Program-made: the position numbers and the translations under genes
DNA from: Microcoleus sp.
GTDB taxonomy: Bacteria; Cyanobacteriota; Cyanobacteriia; Cyanobacteriales; Microcoleaceae
Reading direction: 5' to 3'
Assembly: GCA_052279835.1 (NCBI GenBank)
Contig: CP181291.1
Span: forward strand, 2,016,001 to 2,080,000
Length of the DNA: 64,000 bases
Notes under the pieces: generated by a model
The model's database searches: none
Seen by the model: the letters and a program-made list of their open reading frames with translations, nothing else
What the model was told of the DNA's origin: nothing
Shown: positions 39,552 to 49,791 of the stretch, one piece after another
Layout: every line of letters starts with the position of its first letter
Numbering within the stretch: the stretch's first letter is position 1

Positions 39552-40067
39552 ATGGACAGTCCTCAGATATTGCAATTTGTCGATAAAGCTGTCTGGGCTA
39601 GGACAGGCAAACATCTAAATAACTTGCAGCGCAAGATTATCACGGGAATACTGAATCGTAAAAAGTATACTGACGTTGCAGAAACTTATGGTTATAGCTC
39701 CCAACACGTTAAAAAGGCTAGTCACGAGCTTTTGCAAATGTTATCTGAGGTGTTTGGCGAACAAGTTAAGAAAAGTAATCTTGAATCCGTCCTAGAAAGG
39801 CAGATAAATCATAATATAAATCTTGGTAATAAGAATACTTTTAAAAATACTAACAAAATTAGCTACATTAACAATTGTTCTAATCCCTCTACTCCTAACC
39901 CAAATCAAAGTCAGCCGGAAACTCCCGAATTGCAGGAGGAAAGCAAAAATCAAACTAAGATTGAAACAATAGATAAATTACGGCAGTTTGGCTTGAGCGA
40001 CGAGCAAATTGCAGAAGCGCTAGATCTACCTTTAGAGCAGGTTAAGCAGGTGGACTTGGATAAGTAA
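39552..40067 (+). CDS. Stand-alone HTH protein resembling the N-terminus of cyanobacterial STAND/NB-ARC-type proteins
   Basis: TGKHLNNLQRKII...KYTDVAETYGYSSQHVKK..SELLQMLSEVFGEQVKKSN-type motif; tail LSDEQIAEALDLPLEQV. Confidence 0.7.
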   Translation: MDSPQILQFVDKAVWARTGKHLNNLQRKIITGILNRKKYTDVAETYGYSSQHVKKASHELLQMLSEVFGEQVKKSNLESVLERQINHNINLGNKNTFKNTNKISYINNCSNPSTPNPNQSQPETPELQEESKNQTKIETIDKLRQFGLSDEQIAEALDLPLEQVKQVDLDK

Positions 40068-40080
40068 ATCTGCGCCCCGT

Positions 40081-40144
40081 GCGAATTTTACTGGAGCGAT
40101 CGCCCGCACTTAGTTTTTTTGTTACAATGGTCGCAGGTTGCCTT
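40081..40144 (+). repeat. 64-bp direct repeat (HIP1 + TACAAT -10), copy 1
   Basis: One mismatch to 41086-41149; weaker similarity extends ~55 bp upstream. Confidence 0.92.
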
Positions 40145-40246
40145 GTTGAAGTAAAATAAAATATCACCCGATATTTTCAGCTACGAATACAAAAATGATT
40201 GAATTCTCAGTATAAATCATCCAGACACTCTCAGAAGAAAAGCAAT

Positions 40247-40516
40247 ATGGAAACTTTGCTGTTAACAATCGTAATTATTTTGCAGCTCGTGCTAATCTTT
40301 TTAATTCTACAGCGCGAGTATCAGTGGTTGCCAGAAAGTTTAAGTGTTCGGGAATACTCTCAACTTTCAAAACCAACAGCCCAAAAACCAAGCACAAGTT
40401 CAAAAAATTTATGGGATAACCCGCCACCAGCATCAGAAGAACTAAAGTTGACTGTTACCGAATTTAAAGATAAGTATGACAGGAGTGAACCGTGGGATGG
40501 AGATTTTGCAGCCTAA
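40247..40516 (+). CDS. Putative antitoxin with N-terminal TM helix
   Basis: METLLLTIVIILQLVLIFLILQR; C-terminal LWDNPPPASEELK; overlaps GNAT start. Confidence 0.6.
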   Translation: METLLLTIVIILQLVLIFLILQREYQWLPESLSVREYSQLSKPTAQKPSTSSKNLWDNPPPASEELKLTVTEFKDKYDRSEPWDGDFAA

Positions 40517-41007
40517 AAATTTTTCCCAATCTACAAAGAGAGGAGTTTGATTGTAGAGATGAGGAAATTAATAACTATCTGAAAACTCTAGTGGAAACGG
40601 CTGATGAAGCTGGTTTTTCTAGAACTTTCTTGATGATTTTGGAATCGGGAGAAGCAAAGGTTTGCGGATTTTATACTCTCAGCGCATCGACAATTCCTGT
40701 TAAAGAATTGCCCGATGAATACAAACAACTCCTCCCTTTCCCGATTCCTGCTATTTTGATAGGACAGTTTGCAATTGATAAAGTGTGGCAAGGACAAGGA
40801 ATAAGTCGCCTACTGTTGGCAGATGCTTATCGTCGAATTTGCTTGCTATTTGAACAAGAAATTATTGGATTTCAGGCGATTAGGGTTGATACTAGAAATG
40901 AGGAGGCAAAAGCATTTTGGTTAAAACAGGGTTTTGTGCCTTTTAGAAAGACTCAGCGTTCTCTATTTTTGCCAGTTCGGACTATTCTGAGAGAATTAGA
41001 AATGTAG
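40492..41007 (+). CDS. GNAT-family acetyltransferase toxin (TacT/AtaT-like)
   Basis: FDCRDEEINNYLK, GFYTLSA, PAILIGQFAIDKVWQGQGIS..LLADA, VDTRNEEAKAFWLKQGF. Confidence 0.85.
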   Translation: MGWRFCSLKIFPNLQREEFDCRDEEINNYLKTLVETADEAGFSRTFLMILESGEAKVCGFYTLSASTIPVKELPDEYKQLLPFPIPAILIGQFAIDKVWQGQGISRLLLADAYRRICLLFEQEIIGFQAIRVDTRNEEAKAFWLKQGFVPFRKTQRSLFLPVRTILRELEM

Positions 41008-41085
41008 TTAAAAAATCCAAATTCCAAGATATGCATTTAGAGGTGGTTAAGCAGGTAAGCTTTGAGGAGTAAGCCTGCACCGTGA

Positions 41086-41149
41086 GCGAATTTTACTGGA
41101 GCGATCGCCCGCACTTAGTTTTTTTGTTACAATCGTCGCAGGTTGCCTT
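41086..41149 (+). repeat. 64-bp direct repeat, copy 2
   Basis: See 40081-40144. Confidence 0.92.
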
Positions 41150-41166
41150 AAAATTAGGAGAATCAA

Positions 41167-41370
41167 TTGAAAATCAAAATTATCATCCACGAAGCAGAAG
41201 AAGGCGGATACTGGGCAGAAGTTCCTGCTATTCCTGGCTGTGCAACTGAGGGAGAAACCTTCGAGGAACTACTGCAAAACCTTTATGAAGCGATCGAAGG
41301 TTGCCTGAGTGTAGATATTGAGTCTTTCGAGACAAATGAGCGAGACAAAATTATGGAGATTGTGATATGA
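41167..41370 (+). CDS. hicB: HicB-family antitoxin
   Basis: EEGGYWAEVPAIPGCATEGETFEEL..NLYEAIEGCL; AGGAG RBS. Confidence 0.9.
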   Translation: MKIKIIIHEAEEGGYWAEVPAIPGCATEGETFEELLQNLYEAIEGCLSVDIESFETNERDKIMEIVI

Positions 41371-41575
41371 ACTCCATGTCTGGCAAAGAGTTAGCCAAGC
41401 TGCTAGAACGTAATGATTGGATATTATTAAGAGTTCAAGGCAGTCACCATATCTAGGGGGAAGCTGGAAACTCAATCCGAATTTATGTGCCAATTTACGG
41501 CAATAAATATCTAAAAATTGGATTGCTCAGACATTTGTTAAAACAGGCAGGGTTATTGGAAAATACCCATCAAAA
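41367..41575 (+). pseudogene. hicA: HicA-family toxin with in-frame TAG
   Basis: SGKELAKLLERNDWILLRVQGSHHI*GEAGNSIRIYVPIYGNKYLKIGLLRHLLKQAGL; stop at 41454-41456. Confidence 0.85.
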
Positions 41576-41589
41576 TACCAGCACAGTTG

Positions 41590-41889
41590 AAGAATCAAAT
41601 AATGAGAATAAAGAGGCGAATGAATCTGATTCGACCGATGAATAACAACGATAGCTGAATTACCACCTAATGGTTTAATCAAGCATTTCATCGGAATGAA
41701 CCAAGGTAAATTGAGCAAATCAATTGCCACGTTAAGCTTGCGATTGATTAATTCCGTAACTTGTTCGTGGGGGCCAGTCGGTTCCAAATCGATTAATTGT
41801 CCATCGATTAATTCGTAGCAGAGTTCATCTAGATAGTTACCAATGAATGCCTGAAAGCTTAGGACACCTGTATCGATCGCGGAAACCAT
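41590..41889 (-). pseudogene. Truncated Uma2-family endonuclease
   Basis: YELIDGQLIDLEPTGPHEQV N-terminus; PD...VVEVVS core missing. Confidence 0.7.
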
Positions 41890-42182
41890 ATATATTTTTC
41901 CTAGACCCGTTTGCTTTAATTATATCATATCTCTTATTGTTCAAATAGAGATGGCATATCTCGGCGACCGCATTGACTCTCGCGTGCTTGCCGGAAACTA
42001 TCCAGAATCCCTGCGATAGCTAACTAACCAATTTTTCCGAAAAAACCAATCAGAACTCTACAGCAAAGTATAAAATGTTAAGTGGGTGCTCTACCAGCCA
42101 CGGAGAAATCATGATTACATCTCACGGCTGAAGAATAAATTTGCTATAAATGGCAAAACTCAACTCTATTGGAGCAAAACCC

Positions 42183-43191
42183 GTGGGCCAGTTAGATCAA
42201 ATATTCAATTCCGAAGATACGTCCGAAGTAAGTTTGAGTTTCCGAGGAATCTTTAGCAGCAGTAGCATTTGTCGCAGCTTTGACCAATTCTCCTGACACT
42301 GATGCAGATATCTTAGAAAGCGTACTTTGGGAATCGGAAATCTTTGCTGAATATTCCGAAGATGATATGTCAGCCATGCTTAAAAAACTCTCAGGCATTT
42401 CTACCCAAGATGGTGTGGGAGCATTATTTAATACCGCTTGGGAGTCCATTCCAGATGAATTAGTCTTAGATGCTTTTGCTGTCACCGTAGCTATGTTTGT
42501 CGTAGATGGCGAAGTCTCGGACAAATACCAGCATTTTTTGCAGGAGTTCCAGCAAGCATTAGGTTTGGAAGATGAGGAAGCTCAAGAAATTATCGAGGAG
42601 GTAATTGTTGCTTATTCAGAATCTGATGAGGAAGTTTCTGATTTTGATGCGGCATTGTACGAGTCTCCAGAAGGCAATTTTACTGTCCCTATTCCAGTTG
42701 ACCCCCAACAGGGCGGTAAAATTGATGAGCAAGAAGGCAGTGTTACTTTTTCTGATGACTTTGGCGTTTTGCTGAAAATTGATTATTTCCCGATTGGTGG
42801 TGAAGTGGCAGAATTCATCGAGTCTGTTGGAGAAGCAGCTTATCTTAGTTCGTTTCTCAACAATTTTATTGATGGCGCAATTCTTGGTACTTTTCCTCAG
42901 TCCAAGTTACTGCACGCCGAATCTTTAGAAAATGAAGAAGCGTATTTTGCGGTTGTTGATATACCTGGTGGTGCAACTATCAGTGTCCAGAAAAACTTGG
43001 GTTCTAGGACTCGGTTGAATGCCTATCGAGGATTTTTGTCTTTTATCGCTGAGGGTGTTTGTTACACGATCAGTTCTCAGATAGTTTATCAGGAAGCGGA
43101 TGAAGAGGATTCTCTGGAGTCTGAAGTAGAGGTAATTATGGACAAAATTTTAGACTTTATTGAGACTATCGAATTTGCGGAACCTTTATAA
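42183..43191 (+). pseudogene. TerB-like acidic protein, frameshifted near the 5' end (or sequencing error)
   Basis: GTG at 42183 with GGAG RBS gives MGQLDQIFNSEDTSEVSLS; removing one T at 42239-42241 joins it to SEESLAAVAFVAALTNS...; VVDGEVS...FQQALGL TerB-like motif. Confidence 0.65.
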
Positions 43192-43569
43192 AGTATAGGG
43201 CATGGGGATGCCTGATATCGGCCCCAAGACGATCGGGCCTCCAAGGGCAACTATCCTGAAGGAATCGGGCATCGGTAGCCTACTGTTTCCCTGTTCCTTC
43301 TTCTTGATTGAGCTCGTGCCCTTCGACTACGCGGACTGAAAGGTTCTTGTGCTACCCTTCGACTTGGCGAGGGGATAAACGCAGTCGTTCGATTTAAGGT
43401 CAGGATAAACTCCGTTGAAGAAGATTTTTTCGGGTTCTTTCTTCTACACAATTGTACGATCGAGCACTGGCTAAAAAAAACCAGTTCTCGATCGCACTTC
43501 CAGATTTTTCTAGTCAACCAAACTCGATCGACAGCAGCAATCAGCCACCATCTCAGATAACATAGTCTC

Positions 43570-44115
43570 CTAGTTAGTAGTCTGAGCTTCCTGCAACCTT
43601 TGCTTGAGTTCTTCCAGAGCGCTTGCCCAGCGTGGATCTGGCTGCACGGAACCGGAGTCAGCGCTAGATGAAGTTGTGGTTGCTGGATTGCGACGAGACT
43701 TGTTGTTATCCCGACGGCGACTGCTTTTACCAGAACCTCCGCCACCAGTGCTAGGGGAAGCATCGCGCCGCTGTTGCTGTGGCTGACCCTGGGAAGGTGC
43801 CGAGGCTAACTGTGGCGATTGGGGTGACTGCTGTTGATCATCATCACCCTTGTCCGATTTACCCTTAGAACGTGGCAGCGCCTTCTCTATTTTCAGCGGG
43901 TTTTCCTTGAACATCAAGCCATTGTATTTTTCAATAACTTGGTCTGCTTGTTCATCAGTCAACACCGTTACAAAACCGAATCCTCTGCATTTACCAGTTT
44001 TACGGTCTGTAATTACCTTTGTGGTGACAGATTCACCCTCTGGTGCAAAAACATCTTGCAGTTCTTGGCGATCGAGTTCTTTCGGTAGATTGCCAACATA
44101 TAGACGAATAGACAT
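43570..44115 (-). CDS. RRM RNA-binding protein (Rbp3-like class)
   Basis: RNP2 LYVGNL, RNP1 RGFGFV, C-terminal QPDPRWA..L..LK. Confidence 0.9.
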   Translation of the reverse strand: MSIRLYVGNLPKELDRQELQDVFAPEGESVTTKVITDRKTGKCRGFGFVTVLTDEQADQVIEKYNGLMFKENPLKIEKALPRSKGKSDKGDDDQQQSPQSPQLASAPSQGQPQQQRRDASPSTGGGGSGKSSRRRDNNKSRRNPATTTSSSADSGSVQPDPRWASALEELKQRLQEAQTTN

Positions 44116-45011
44116 GAAAAATTCCTCCAGACTTGGATTCTAATTAGTTTGATCGAACAGCATTACCCGAAGTCAACTGAATATTGACCGCAGGGAAAGA
44201 CGACATTACCGCAGAATCTGCGCGTTCTTCCGACCAACCTTGACAGCTCCCGCCACCTTTTAGAAAAAGATAATCTACTCTCCTGAAGCCGCAACTTGGC
44301 AGCCTATGCAGAGAGATCTTAAATCTAAGGTTGTTCTGTAAACTTTTAGTCATCACTCAAATGTTGAGGCTTTTGGCTATTCTGTATTATTTGCTTCCGG
44401 TTTTGATTCAGAATGTTTATAGCCAGCGGCGTGTAGAAATTTATTTCCCAGGATGTCAATTGTAAGCGATCGGAATGCCAGTATTCAGTTTAATACGGTG
44501 ATGGGTAAAATCCCTAACATTTTTTCAGCCAGTAATTTTACCTCGCTCCTAATGCTGAGGACTATTTACCCCAATCTCCCTTGAATCGGGTTGGGGAGTT
44601 TCTGACCATCATTTAAAGGTATCACAGCCTTGGCAACAGAGCTAGTTATTTAGGAAGATTCACGATCAATTTAACCGAAACCATCTCTGAATCACTTTTG
44701 TGAATTCATCTCCCACAGCGAAAGTGGCTGTAGAAAAAAACAGCCGACAAGCGGCTGGCTGAATTTGCTGTGTTGGGAGGTTGACAACTTTTACGCAATA
44801 CCTTTGCGGCTTTAGTCACTGAAGTGATTGCGATCGGTCGGCCAATCAAATTTATGTAACTAAATGTAACAGGATGTCGGTAAAAAAGCAACTTTTCTTT
44901 ACGAAGAAGAACCCCCCCCAGCCCCCCCCTTGGGGGGAAGGAAGAGGGAAGAAGGATTCTGCGGCCAATCGCCAATCACAAATCGAACCATCCCCCATCT
45001 AAATATTGTGC

Positions 45012-45074
45012 AAATTATCTATGCTCCCCAAACAGCAGCAGCAAAGGCTAAAATTGCCGACCAGATGGGATGCC
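45012..45074 (-). repeat. Diverged duplicate of the 3' end of the M48 gene
   Basis: Matches 45100-45163 with mostly synonymous changes and one TAT>TAG. Confidence 0.85.
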
Positions 45075-45076
45075 CC

Positions 45077-47551
45077 CTATCGATACATTTCTCCCTGAAA
45101 AATGATATATGCTCCCCAAACAGCAGCAGCAAAGGCTAAAATCGCCGACCATATAGGATGTCCGCTGTTGCTAACTCTGCCACCTTGGCTGCGGAGGGTT
45201 TCGAGATCGATCGCCACAGTAGCTCCCCTTCGCAGCCAACCAGTCGCCACCACCGATTGTCCTACCAAATCACTGGGGCGAGTAGGTTGTGGCCACAAAG
45301 AGCCGATCGGACCAAACCTCGAAACATAGTGTAACCTCACCAACCCAGTCCCCGTCTGCAAAATCAAATCCTGTCCCAGCCAATTAGCCATACCCGATCG
45401 CCCCAAAAGTTTCCCCTGCAACCCCACGGGTTGAGCATCCAAGGGCAAACTATCCGAATTTGACAAAATTTGAGGTAAACTCGGTGCAGTGACTGCTCTG
45501 GGCACAATATCAGGGAAAAAATCATTAATCCGCATCAAAGTACCAAGACAAAAGCCGATCGGCAAACAGCCCCACAGAATCGAGCGATCGCCCCAAAGCC
45601 AATCCAGCCACCAGATACTCGTCCTCGACAAAATCCCCCCAACCAGCCAGAGCACCCCCACAATCGCCAAACTCATGGGAATTCCAAAAAAAGGCGCACC
45701 TTGTAAAAGTAGGGGCGGTGGATGGCGCGGCCAAAATTTTGAATTAAATAGATCCGAAACCTGGAATTTGCCCTTAGTAGACTCCAAAGTTCCGAGATTC
45801 GCCAAATCCAACTCAGTTTCAAGTTGCCAGAATTGAGCATAAAGAGCCAACAACTTTAAACGCTCACCCATTAAAGGATGCGTGCTGTTAACCGTCAACC
45901 AATTGCGACAAGGATTGCTGACATCCCACAGCAAAATCTGTTCCAGAGGCGCGTGTAACCCAGCCGAACCAATAGTTACAGCTTGTCCCAACCCCACAGG
46001 AAATAGCAGCTCGAAACCTTCGAGGAAAAAGCTAGTTTGCTGCTGCTGCTCAATATTTTTCGCCATCCCGATCGCAATTTTAGCCAAAGCCCGCGTCAAA
46101 CCATTGGGATTCCCCGTAATTTCTGCCGCGGTGCGATCGCTAAAATATACTCGACGGCGGGACACCCACAACATCGGCCATCTCAGCAACTTATAAATCC
46201 CGTAACTTCCAGCAGAAATCCCCGCCGCCAAAACTTTGACAACAGAACGAAAAAACTCGATCGAAATTAAACCAGATAACCGCTCCTCCCAGTGCACCAC
46301 CAGCCCATAAATCAGGTAAGGAATCTGAATTACCAAAACCGCCAAAGACATCGGTGCAAAATCCCAGTGAGCGATATGCGCCAATTCCCGCGCCAAAATA
46401 GTCGCAATTTCATCCTCCGTCAATTGGTCCAAAAGTCCCTGACTCACAGCAATCCGAGCAAATCTCGGCAAACAGCCATAACTGAAAGCTACTGGTACAT
46501 CAATCGGTAACAATTGGAGCACTGGGGCCGGCATATTCTGCTGTTTACAAAAATTTCGCACTACCCGATTAGCTTCTTTGCTGGACTTCAATAAAGTTAC
46601 CCCTCCCAGAGGTTCCATCCCACAAATCAGTTTCAACACTGCATCTATCAACCACGGAGACGAAGCTAGTAGCAATCCGAACATAAATTGTACAAAAGCA
46701 GTCGGATCGCGATAAAAAATCTGAATCGGCGCAAACACCGGCAATCTAGTAAATATGTATAACTGAACCAACAGAGCATTAACATTGGTCAGCAGGAATT
46801 CCAGGATGAATCGCACCATCAAAAATAGTGCGATCGTACAGGCGAGTGTCTCCACCCGAAAACGCGCAAATTTCAGCAGTTTGAGCTTGCGCCACCCGGA
46901 AGCAGCGCGCCCCGAATTGCGCCAAATCAGTTCGTAAGTATCTGGAGTTACGACTCCGGGGACATCTGCGGGAGCATCTGCATCCGCGACGGTGGTTGTG
47001 GAGGTTTCTGGTTCTGAAGTCTTGGCCAGAGGTGGTTTGCGGGGTGCAGGTACTGGCGGAATCTGTGGCGATTTAACGTTTTTTTGCCTGCTAGTCTGCT
47101 CAAAACCCACCAAATCTGTTTTTTGGTCGGTTGATGGTCGATCGCCTGTGGGCGATATTTTCGGTCGGGAATTGCCAACATCAAAGGGGACGAAGCCAGT
47201 TTCCGGGGGAGTAGCCGGAATTTTTTGTGGATTTTCCGGTGGTTTTGGGGGGCGACGATCGCTCAATGCGGTTAAAGTGCGATCGGCCCAAGTTTTGACT
47301 TGAGTATGGGGATGTTTGGTGAGGGAAGTGCACAGGGCGATGGATTTTTGAAGATTACCAGTGGCTTTATAGGCCATCACCAAGCCCATTTCGGCTCGCG
47401 TACCCAGTGGCTGATTGGTGGCGGATTCAGCAACAGATTCTAAAAGGGCGATCGCCCGATCGTAATCCTGTTGTTTCAAAGCAGCCAAACCCGCATCTAG
47501 AGACTGTTTCATAGATGAATCCGATTGATTTGGATTAGGTGGAGGTACCAT
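45077..47551 (-). CDS. TPR + peptidase M48 (HtpX-like) membrane protein
   Basis: N-terminal TPR-like helices; PVAFSYG, IAVSQGLLDQL..DEIATILARELAH, SDRTAAEITGNPNGL, STHP. Confidence 0.82.
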   Translation of the reverse strand: MVPPPNPNQSDSSMKQSLDAGLAALKQQDYDRAIALLESVAESATNQPLGTRAEMGLVMAYKATGNLQKSIALCTSLTKHPHTQVKTWADRTLTALSDRRPPKPPENPQKIPATPPETGFVPFDVGNSRPKISPTGDRPSTDQKTDLVGFEQTSRQKNVKSPQIPPVPAPRKPPLAKTSEPETSTTTVADADAPADVPGVVTPDTYELIWRNSGRAASGWRKLKLLKFARFRVETLACTIALFLMVRFILEFLLTNVNALLVQLYIFTRLPVFAPIQIFYRDPTAFVQFMFGLLLASSPWLIDAVLKLICGMEPLGGVTLLKSSKEANRVVRNFCKQQNMPAPVLQLLPIDVPVAFSYGCLPRFARIAVSQGLLDQLTEDEIATILARELAHIAHWDFAPMSLAVLVIQIPYLIYGLVVHWEERLSGLISIEFFRSVVKVLAAGISAGSYGIYKLLRWPMLWVSRRRVYFSDRTAAEITGNPNGLTRALAKIAIGMAKNIEQQQQTSFFLEGFELLFPVGLGQAVTIGSAGLHAPLEQILLWDVSNPCRNWLTVNSTHPLMGERLKLLALYAQFWQLETELDLANLGTLESTKGKFQVSDLFNSKFWPRHPPPLLLQGAPFFGIPMSLAIVGVLWLVGGILSRTSIWWLDWLWGDRSILWGCLPIGFCLGTLMRINDFFPDIVPRAVTAPSLPQILSNSDSLPLDAQPVGLQGKLLGRSGMANWLGQDLILQTGTGLVRLHYVSRFGPIGSLWPQPTRPSDLVGQSVVATGWLRRGATVAIDLETLRSQGGRVSNSGHPIWSAILAFAAAVWGAYIIFQGEMYR

Positions 47552-47889
47552 GACAGTGCCGGCGATCGCTACGCCTCTAATTGCCCTCGAAACGTAGTTT
47601 GTAACTGAGGCTGGCTATCTCTCCAGCGTTGGAAGTGGTTGTCCACTCTTGTCTGCTGTTTGGTGGATAGCGTCTTGTCTAAGATAGCCTAAGCTTCATA
47701 AATAGATAAATAATATTGTTTCCGGTTACATCGGAATGATTTAACCGCAGAGAACACAGAGGACACAGAGGGAGAGAATAGAGTTCTGAATAATTAGATG
47801 CTAGCGGATTTGATATAACTGCCATTTCCACAACCAAATAGATTCCCGTTCCACAAGAATATTGATTTTTTGCGGAACGGATTCCCAGC

Positions 47890-48513
47890 CTACTTAGTCT
47901 TATCCAAATTCCGCGACTCCAACCAAATAGGAATTGCAATCCAAGCCACTGCTAACAGTAAAGCCACTACCGCAAATTGAGCAGCCCAAGCTACCAATTT
48001 CTCTAAAGACACAACTTGCCCTAAAAAGTAGGATAAACTTACCATTACAGAGGCCCAACTGGCGGCACCGAGAATGTTGAACAGCGAAAATTTCCAAAAA
48101 GGCATTTCGGCTATTCCTGCTAGGGGGCTGGCAAAAATTCTCAGCAGTGCGATAAACCTGCCTAAAAAAACAGCCTTAGCTGCATTTTCGCTAAACTTTT
48201 CTTTCAAGTCAAACAGTTGTTCTTCTCGAAAACGAAAGATTTTTCCTAGCTTCAGCAATAGTGGCCAGCCGCCGTATCTGCCGATCGCATAACCAAAATT
48301 TCCCCCCAATGTAGCACCCGCGATCGCACTTCCGAGCACAAACCAATAGTTCAGTTCCCCACTGCCGGCTAAAAAGCCACCAGCAATCGTAATCGTCTCC
48401 CCAGGGAGAGGAATTCCCAGATTTTCCAGTAAAATTCCCAGAAATATTGCCCAGTAGCCGTAATCCTGAGCAAATTTCTGAATAGTCTCTAGCGATAAAA
48501 ACTCAAAAGACAT
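47890..48513 (-). CDS. DedA family membrane protein
   Basis: LENLGIPLPGE, GGNFGYAIGRYGG, GRFIALLR. Confidence 0.92.
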   Translation of the reverse strand: MSFEFLSLETIQKFAQDYGYWAIFLGILLENLGIPLPGETITIAGGFLAGSGELNYWFVLGSAIAGATLGGNFGYAIGRYGGWPLLLKLGKIFRFREEQLFDLKEKFSENAAKAVFLGRFIALLRIFASPLAGIAEMPFWKFSLFNILGAASWASVMVSLSYFLGQVVSLEKLVAWAAQFAVVALLLAVAWIAIPIWLESRNLDKTK

Positions 48514-48835
48514 TCGATACTGCCTTCGTAAACTTTTGCAAAGCTCAATACTTTTATATATTGGCTTGATTCAGCCAATAGTGCAATCTTTCATTGTGAT
48601 GACAAACACAGGAGATTAGCGATCGATCGCTCAAAAAAAAACTATCCTTTCACAGATGATAAGTATATCCCCCATGATTCGGATTCCATTCCGGGCGATC
48701 GCCAACCAGCCCAGAGTCTCTTGAAAGCGCTACCCCACCAATTTTTGGGTCTAAGACGGGCTAGCACTCCACAAAAAATAGGTATTAAAGCAGGATTTGG
48801 TATTATTCCTAGGCTCCAATCCCAAAGTAACACTT

Positions 48836-49145
48836 ATGGCCTTTCCCAACTACCAACAACGCATCGTCCTCCAACCACAAAACTGCCTCGACTCTCAAGC
48901 CAGCACTATCCTGCAACAACAGCTAGCAGCCATAGCACCCGATCGCCACAAACTCTGGGTGATTGACATGAGCGACGTAGACTTTATTGACAGTTTCCGG
49001 GCTCTGCGCCTTAGTAGGCGGACTCAATATCGCCCGCCAGCGGGGATGTCGCCTCGTCATCTGTAACTTATCAGCCACAGTCAGGCTGATCTTTGAAATC
49101 ACTCAACTAGACCAACTTTTTGAAATCTTCGACTCTTTTGATTGA
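48836..49145 (+). pseudogene. STAS anti-sigma-factor antagonist, frameshifted (or sequencing error)
   Basis: WVIDMSDVDFIDS then, after removing one T at 48994-48996, SGLCALVGGLNIARQRGCRLVICNLSATVRLIFEITQLDQLFEIFDSFD*. Confidence 0.82.
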
Positions 49146-49791
49146 CATATCCAGAGCTAATTTGGATATCATAAATTGGCATATTTGTCAAGCATAACCA
49201 ATGACAAACAAATAAATCCGGCAGTTGAACCCCCACAGAAGCGATCGCCGGTGCAGCGGGAAAAGGCCAAAGTCGATCGAAACAAATCCTGTCCCCAGCC
49301 AACCCGAACTGCATCAAATAAGTTGCTGGCGGTGCATTTAACAGAGCCAGCAAACGGTAAGCCAAGTCATACAACTCTTGTCGCCAAACATCGGACAAAT
49401 GCAGCGGTTGAAAATAGCTCAACTCCCCAGACTGCTGGTGGGCCTCGACACCGATCGCCTCAGCATACAGAGGGCCCTTCGCCGTCCACACCACAGGCAA
49501 CCACAAATCGCCCTCCCCAGTCGGAGCTTGCAACTCCTGTTGTACTCGCACCCGCGCCGCCGAGACATCGCGACAAAATTTAAACAAATCTTGAGCGGGA
49601 AACACCAGATGGGACGGCACATCCAGTGTCAAAGCACAAATCATGGCATCTTTGTTGGCGATCGCCCCACCGTCTAGGTCCGCAACTCCACAGATCTTCA
49701 CCTCAGTGGCAGAATTAACATGGGCGATCGCAGCCGACAGAGCCAAAGCCTGGGCCCTATTGGCATCCGCCACAATCAAAACCCTAGACAT
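49099..49791 (-). CDS. Hypothetical protein
   Basis: ATG at 49791 overlaps the upstream gene's stop; protein-like sequence (WTAKGPLYAEAIG, FDRLWPFPAAPA). Confidence 0.7.
   Translation of the reverse strand: MSRVLIVADANRAQALALSAAIAHVNSATEVKICGVADLDGGAIANKDAMICALTLDVPSHLVFPAQDLFKFCRDVSAARVRVQQELQAPTGEGDLWLPVVWTAKGPLYAEAIGVEAHQQSGELSYFQPLHLSDVWRQELYDLAYRLLALLNAPPATYLMQFGLAGDRICFDRLWPFPAAPAIASVGVQLPDLFVCHWLCLTNMPIYDIQISSGYVNQKSRRFQKVGLVE

Noticed and set aside
43251..43763. 170-aa minus-strand ORF
   Set aside because: Overlaps the RRM gene out of frame and runs through CCCTTCGACT REP-like repeats; no recognisable motifs
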